A stretch of 64,000 nt of DNA from Euryarchaeota archaeon RBG_13_57_23 (GTDB lineage: Archaea; Thermoplasmatota; Thermoplasmata; UBA10834). The DNA lies in NCBI GenBank assembly GCA_001800675.1, contig MGVW01000035.1:108501-172500 (forward strand), in the 5' to 3' direction. Below the pieces are notes generated by a model. It saw only the letters and a program-made list of their open reading frames with translations, had not been told where the DNA came from and made no database searches. Numbering within the stretch: the stretch's first letter is position 1; each line of letters opens with the position of its first letter. Positions 62,313 through 64,000 of the stretch are shown piece after piece. The position numbers and the translations under genes are program-made.

Positions 62313-64000
62313 ATGAACGGACTTCAGCAACTCGCAATCCTGGTGGCGATTGTCCTAATCGTGGTCGGGATACTGGCACTTCGCCGACGTGTGTTCGCCC
62401 GTATGGCCATGAGGAGCATCTCGAGGAGGAAGAAGTACTCGGTCATTGTGATATGCGGCCTGCTAATCGCCACTGCGATGATATCCGGGTCCCTTGTGGC
62501 CGGTGACACCCTGGACTACATCATAGCCAGAGAGGTCATGACGCAGACGGGGGATGTGGACATCGTAGTCAGCGCCCTCGACGAGTCGGGAGAAGGAACG
62601 TACTTCAACTACACCATCGTCTCAGGCATCGCCACTAATGTCACCGCCGGCAATCTCCCGCACATCGACGGGGTCTCGGGCGCGCTGAGGGGATATCTTG
62701 CGGTCAAGAACCTCAGAACTGGCCTGGCCTTCTCCCAGGGAGGATTGTTCGGATTCGAAGTAGAGGCCACGGTCAACCCGTTGCTAGACGCTGATGGAGT
62801 ACCCGCGGGAATCGAAGATGTCAGCGGTGGGAAGGCTGTTGTCAACTCCAGACTCGCAGAGGAGGTGGACGCGCAGTCGGGAGACACGCTGGCGGGAATC
62901 ACCGACGACGGCCTGCCCGTGGTGTTCACCGTATCCTGGATCGCGAAGGACACTGGTCTAGCCAACTGGGGTGGCTCGGCGTATGCATTCGTCGACCTCG
63001 CCTACGCGCAGTCGATCATCGGGATTCCAGGCGTGGTCAACAGGATCGATGTCTCCTGTGAAGGCTCGAAGTCCTCAGGATACAAGGTCACGGATCAAGC
63101 ACTCGAGGAGCTCGAATCGCAGCTGCCGGACGACATCGATTTCGAATTCGACGCAGTCAAAGCAGACGGGCTCGAGAATGCGAAGGCGGTCTCGGATACC
63201 ATGTCCGAGCTGCTCGTCCTAATGAGCTCGTTCGCAATCATTGCTGGTGTGGCGCTCATTGTCAACATCTTCGTTATGCTCGCGGAGGAGAGGAAGAACG
63301 AGATGGGGATTTCCAGAGCCATCGGCATGCAGAGGGGAGATCTCACCCAGACTTTCATGTTCGAGGGCATGGTCTATGCGCTCGCTGCCGCCGGCATCGG
63401 AGCGATCGCAGGGCTCGGGATCGCGATGATCGTCATGACCGGGGCCGCGGCGATCATCTCGGATGGAGGCCTTCAGTTCACACTCAACTGGGAATGGGAG
63501 AGCCTGGGGATTGCCGCGTGCGCTGGATTTCTCATAACTATGCTCACCGTCGTAATGGCATCGTGGCGCGTGAGCAAGCTCAACATAGTGCGGGCGATAA
63601 GAGACATTCCGGAGCCTGCCTCAATCAGGACTGGAAGGCGGTACCTGGCCCTTGGACTTGCTGGGGTCTTCTTTGGGATTGCCTTCACATATATCGGCGC
63701 AGCCGGGGACGATGCTTGGGGCATCAGCACAGGACCTTCGTTGCTGGCCCTCGGAGTGGCACTCCTCTTGGCCAGATTCGTGAGCTTCAGACTCCCGTTG
63801 TCTATTGCCAGCGCCTTCGTGGTCTTCTACGTGCTGGATCCCTTGAATGTCGCGGGCCAGATCTTCGGACCTTCGGAAGGTGGGATGGAGATGTTCCTCG
63901 TGTCCGGACTGCTTCTCGTCAGCGGATGCGTCATCTTCGTGATGGTGAACAGCGACCTCCTCCTGTCCGGGCTGATGGCCAGCTTCGGACGAAAGCGGTC
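62313..64000 (+). CDS. FtsX/MacB-type ABC transporter permease, C-terminal part beyond window edge
   Basis: Absent from the ORF track because there is no stop in the window. Manual translation is open from ATG 62313 to 64000: MNGLQQLAILVAIVLIVVGILALRRRVFARMAMRSISRRKKYS ... FAIIAGVALIVNIFVMLAEERKNEMGISRAIGMQRGDL (FtsX signature), with a large extracytoplasmic loop. Confidence 0.8.
   Translation, partial: MNGLQQLAILVAIVLIVVGILALRRRVFARMAMRSISRRKKYSVIVICGLLIATAMISGSLVAGDTLDYIIAREVMTQTGDVDIVVSALDESGEGTYFNYTIVSGIATNVTAGNLPHIDGVSGALRGYLAVKNLRTGLAFSQGGLFGFEVEATVNPLLDADGVPAGIEDVSGGKAVVNSRLAEEVDAQSGDTLAGITDDGLPVVFTVSWIAKDTGLANWGGSAYAFVDLAYAQSIIGIPGVVNRIDVSCEGSKSSGYKVTDQALEELESQLPDDIDFEFDAVKADGLENAKAVSDTMSELLVLMSSFAIIAGVALIVNIFVMLAEERKNEMGISRAIGMQRGDLTQTFMFEGMVYALAAAGIGAIAGLGIAMIVMTGAAAIISDGGLQFTLNWEWESLGIAACAGFLITMLTVVMASWRVSKLNIVRAIRDIPEPASIRTGRRYLALGLAGVFFGIAFTYIGAAGDDAWGISTGPSLLALGVALLLARFVSFRLPLSIASAFVVFYVLDPLNVAGQIFGPSEGGMEMFLVSGLLLVSGCVIFVMVNSDLLLSGLMASFGRKR

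Noticed and set aside
1-64000. Search for CRISPR arrays, rRNA genes, IS elements, tandem repeats and inteins
   Set aside because: By eye I found no regularly spaced direct repeats, no rRNA-like conserved stretches, no transposase ORFs and no intein insertions in RFC, topoisomerase or thermosome. A computational repeat scan was not possible, so short dispersed repeats could have been missed.

Overview
Archaeal chromosomal window, moderately GC-rich by eye. Archaea-specific markers present: thermosome, proteasome beta, RFC large and small subunits, archaeal DnaG, aCPSF1-type KH/beta-CASP nuclease, Taw1, Trm1, L40e, Hjc-like resolvase, FBP aldolase/phosphatase, and archaetidylserine synthase/decarboxylase. 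Two four-subunit 2-oxoacid:ferredoxin oxidoreductases, a split ADP-forming acetyl-CoA synthetase and gluconeogenic genes (fbp, tpiA, apgM, PGI/PMI) suggest a euryarchaeal, Thermoplasmata-like 2-oxoacid/peptide fermenter. The lineage cannot be fixed without a database search. I call about 60 protein genes and 2 tRNAs (Leu-TAG, Ser-CGA). I saw no rRNA, CRISPR array or transposon. The ORF track misses three genes: porA-like and an FtsX permease, both running off the window edges, and a 49-aa L40e. Many track ORFs are N-terminally over-extended or are antisense artefacts of the GC-rich sequence. Most of the window is housekeeping. The patches worth a second look are: (1) 2.5-9.2 kb, a divergent type IV filament (Tad/Epd-like) locus with TadE-like leader proteins, a 12-Cys protein joined to the ATPase by a TGATG overlap, and an abutting receiver-DUF835 pair; (2) 14.5-17.6 kb, an AT-rich islet with a catalytic-domain-only tyrosine recombinase, about 0.7 kb of non-coding DNA with a hairpin/T-run element, and an ArsR HTH fused to a large uncharacterised domain; (3) 26-30 kb, a Lon-B-like AAA+ ATPase lacking both protease domain and membrane anchor, next to a surface LTD-PLD-PKD protein; (4) 55-58 kb, Zn-ribbon and membrane proteins around a TtuA/NcsA thiolase; (5) several candidate operators and structured leaders. 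All functional calls rest on motif recognition by eye and memory of families. No searches were run.
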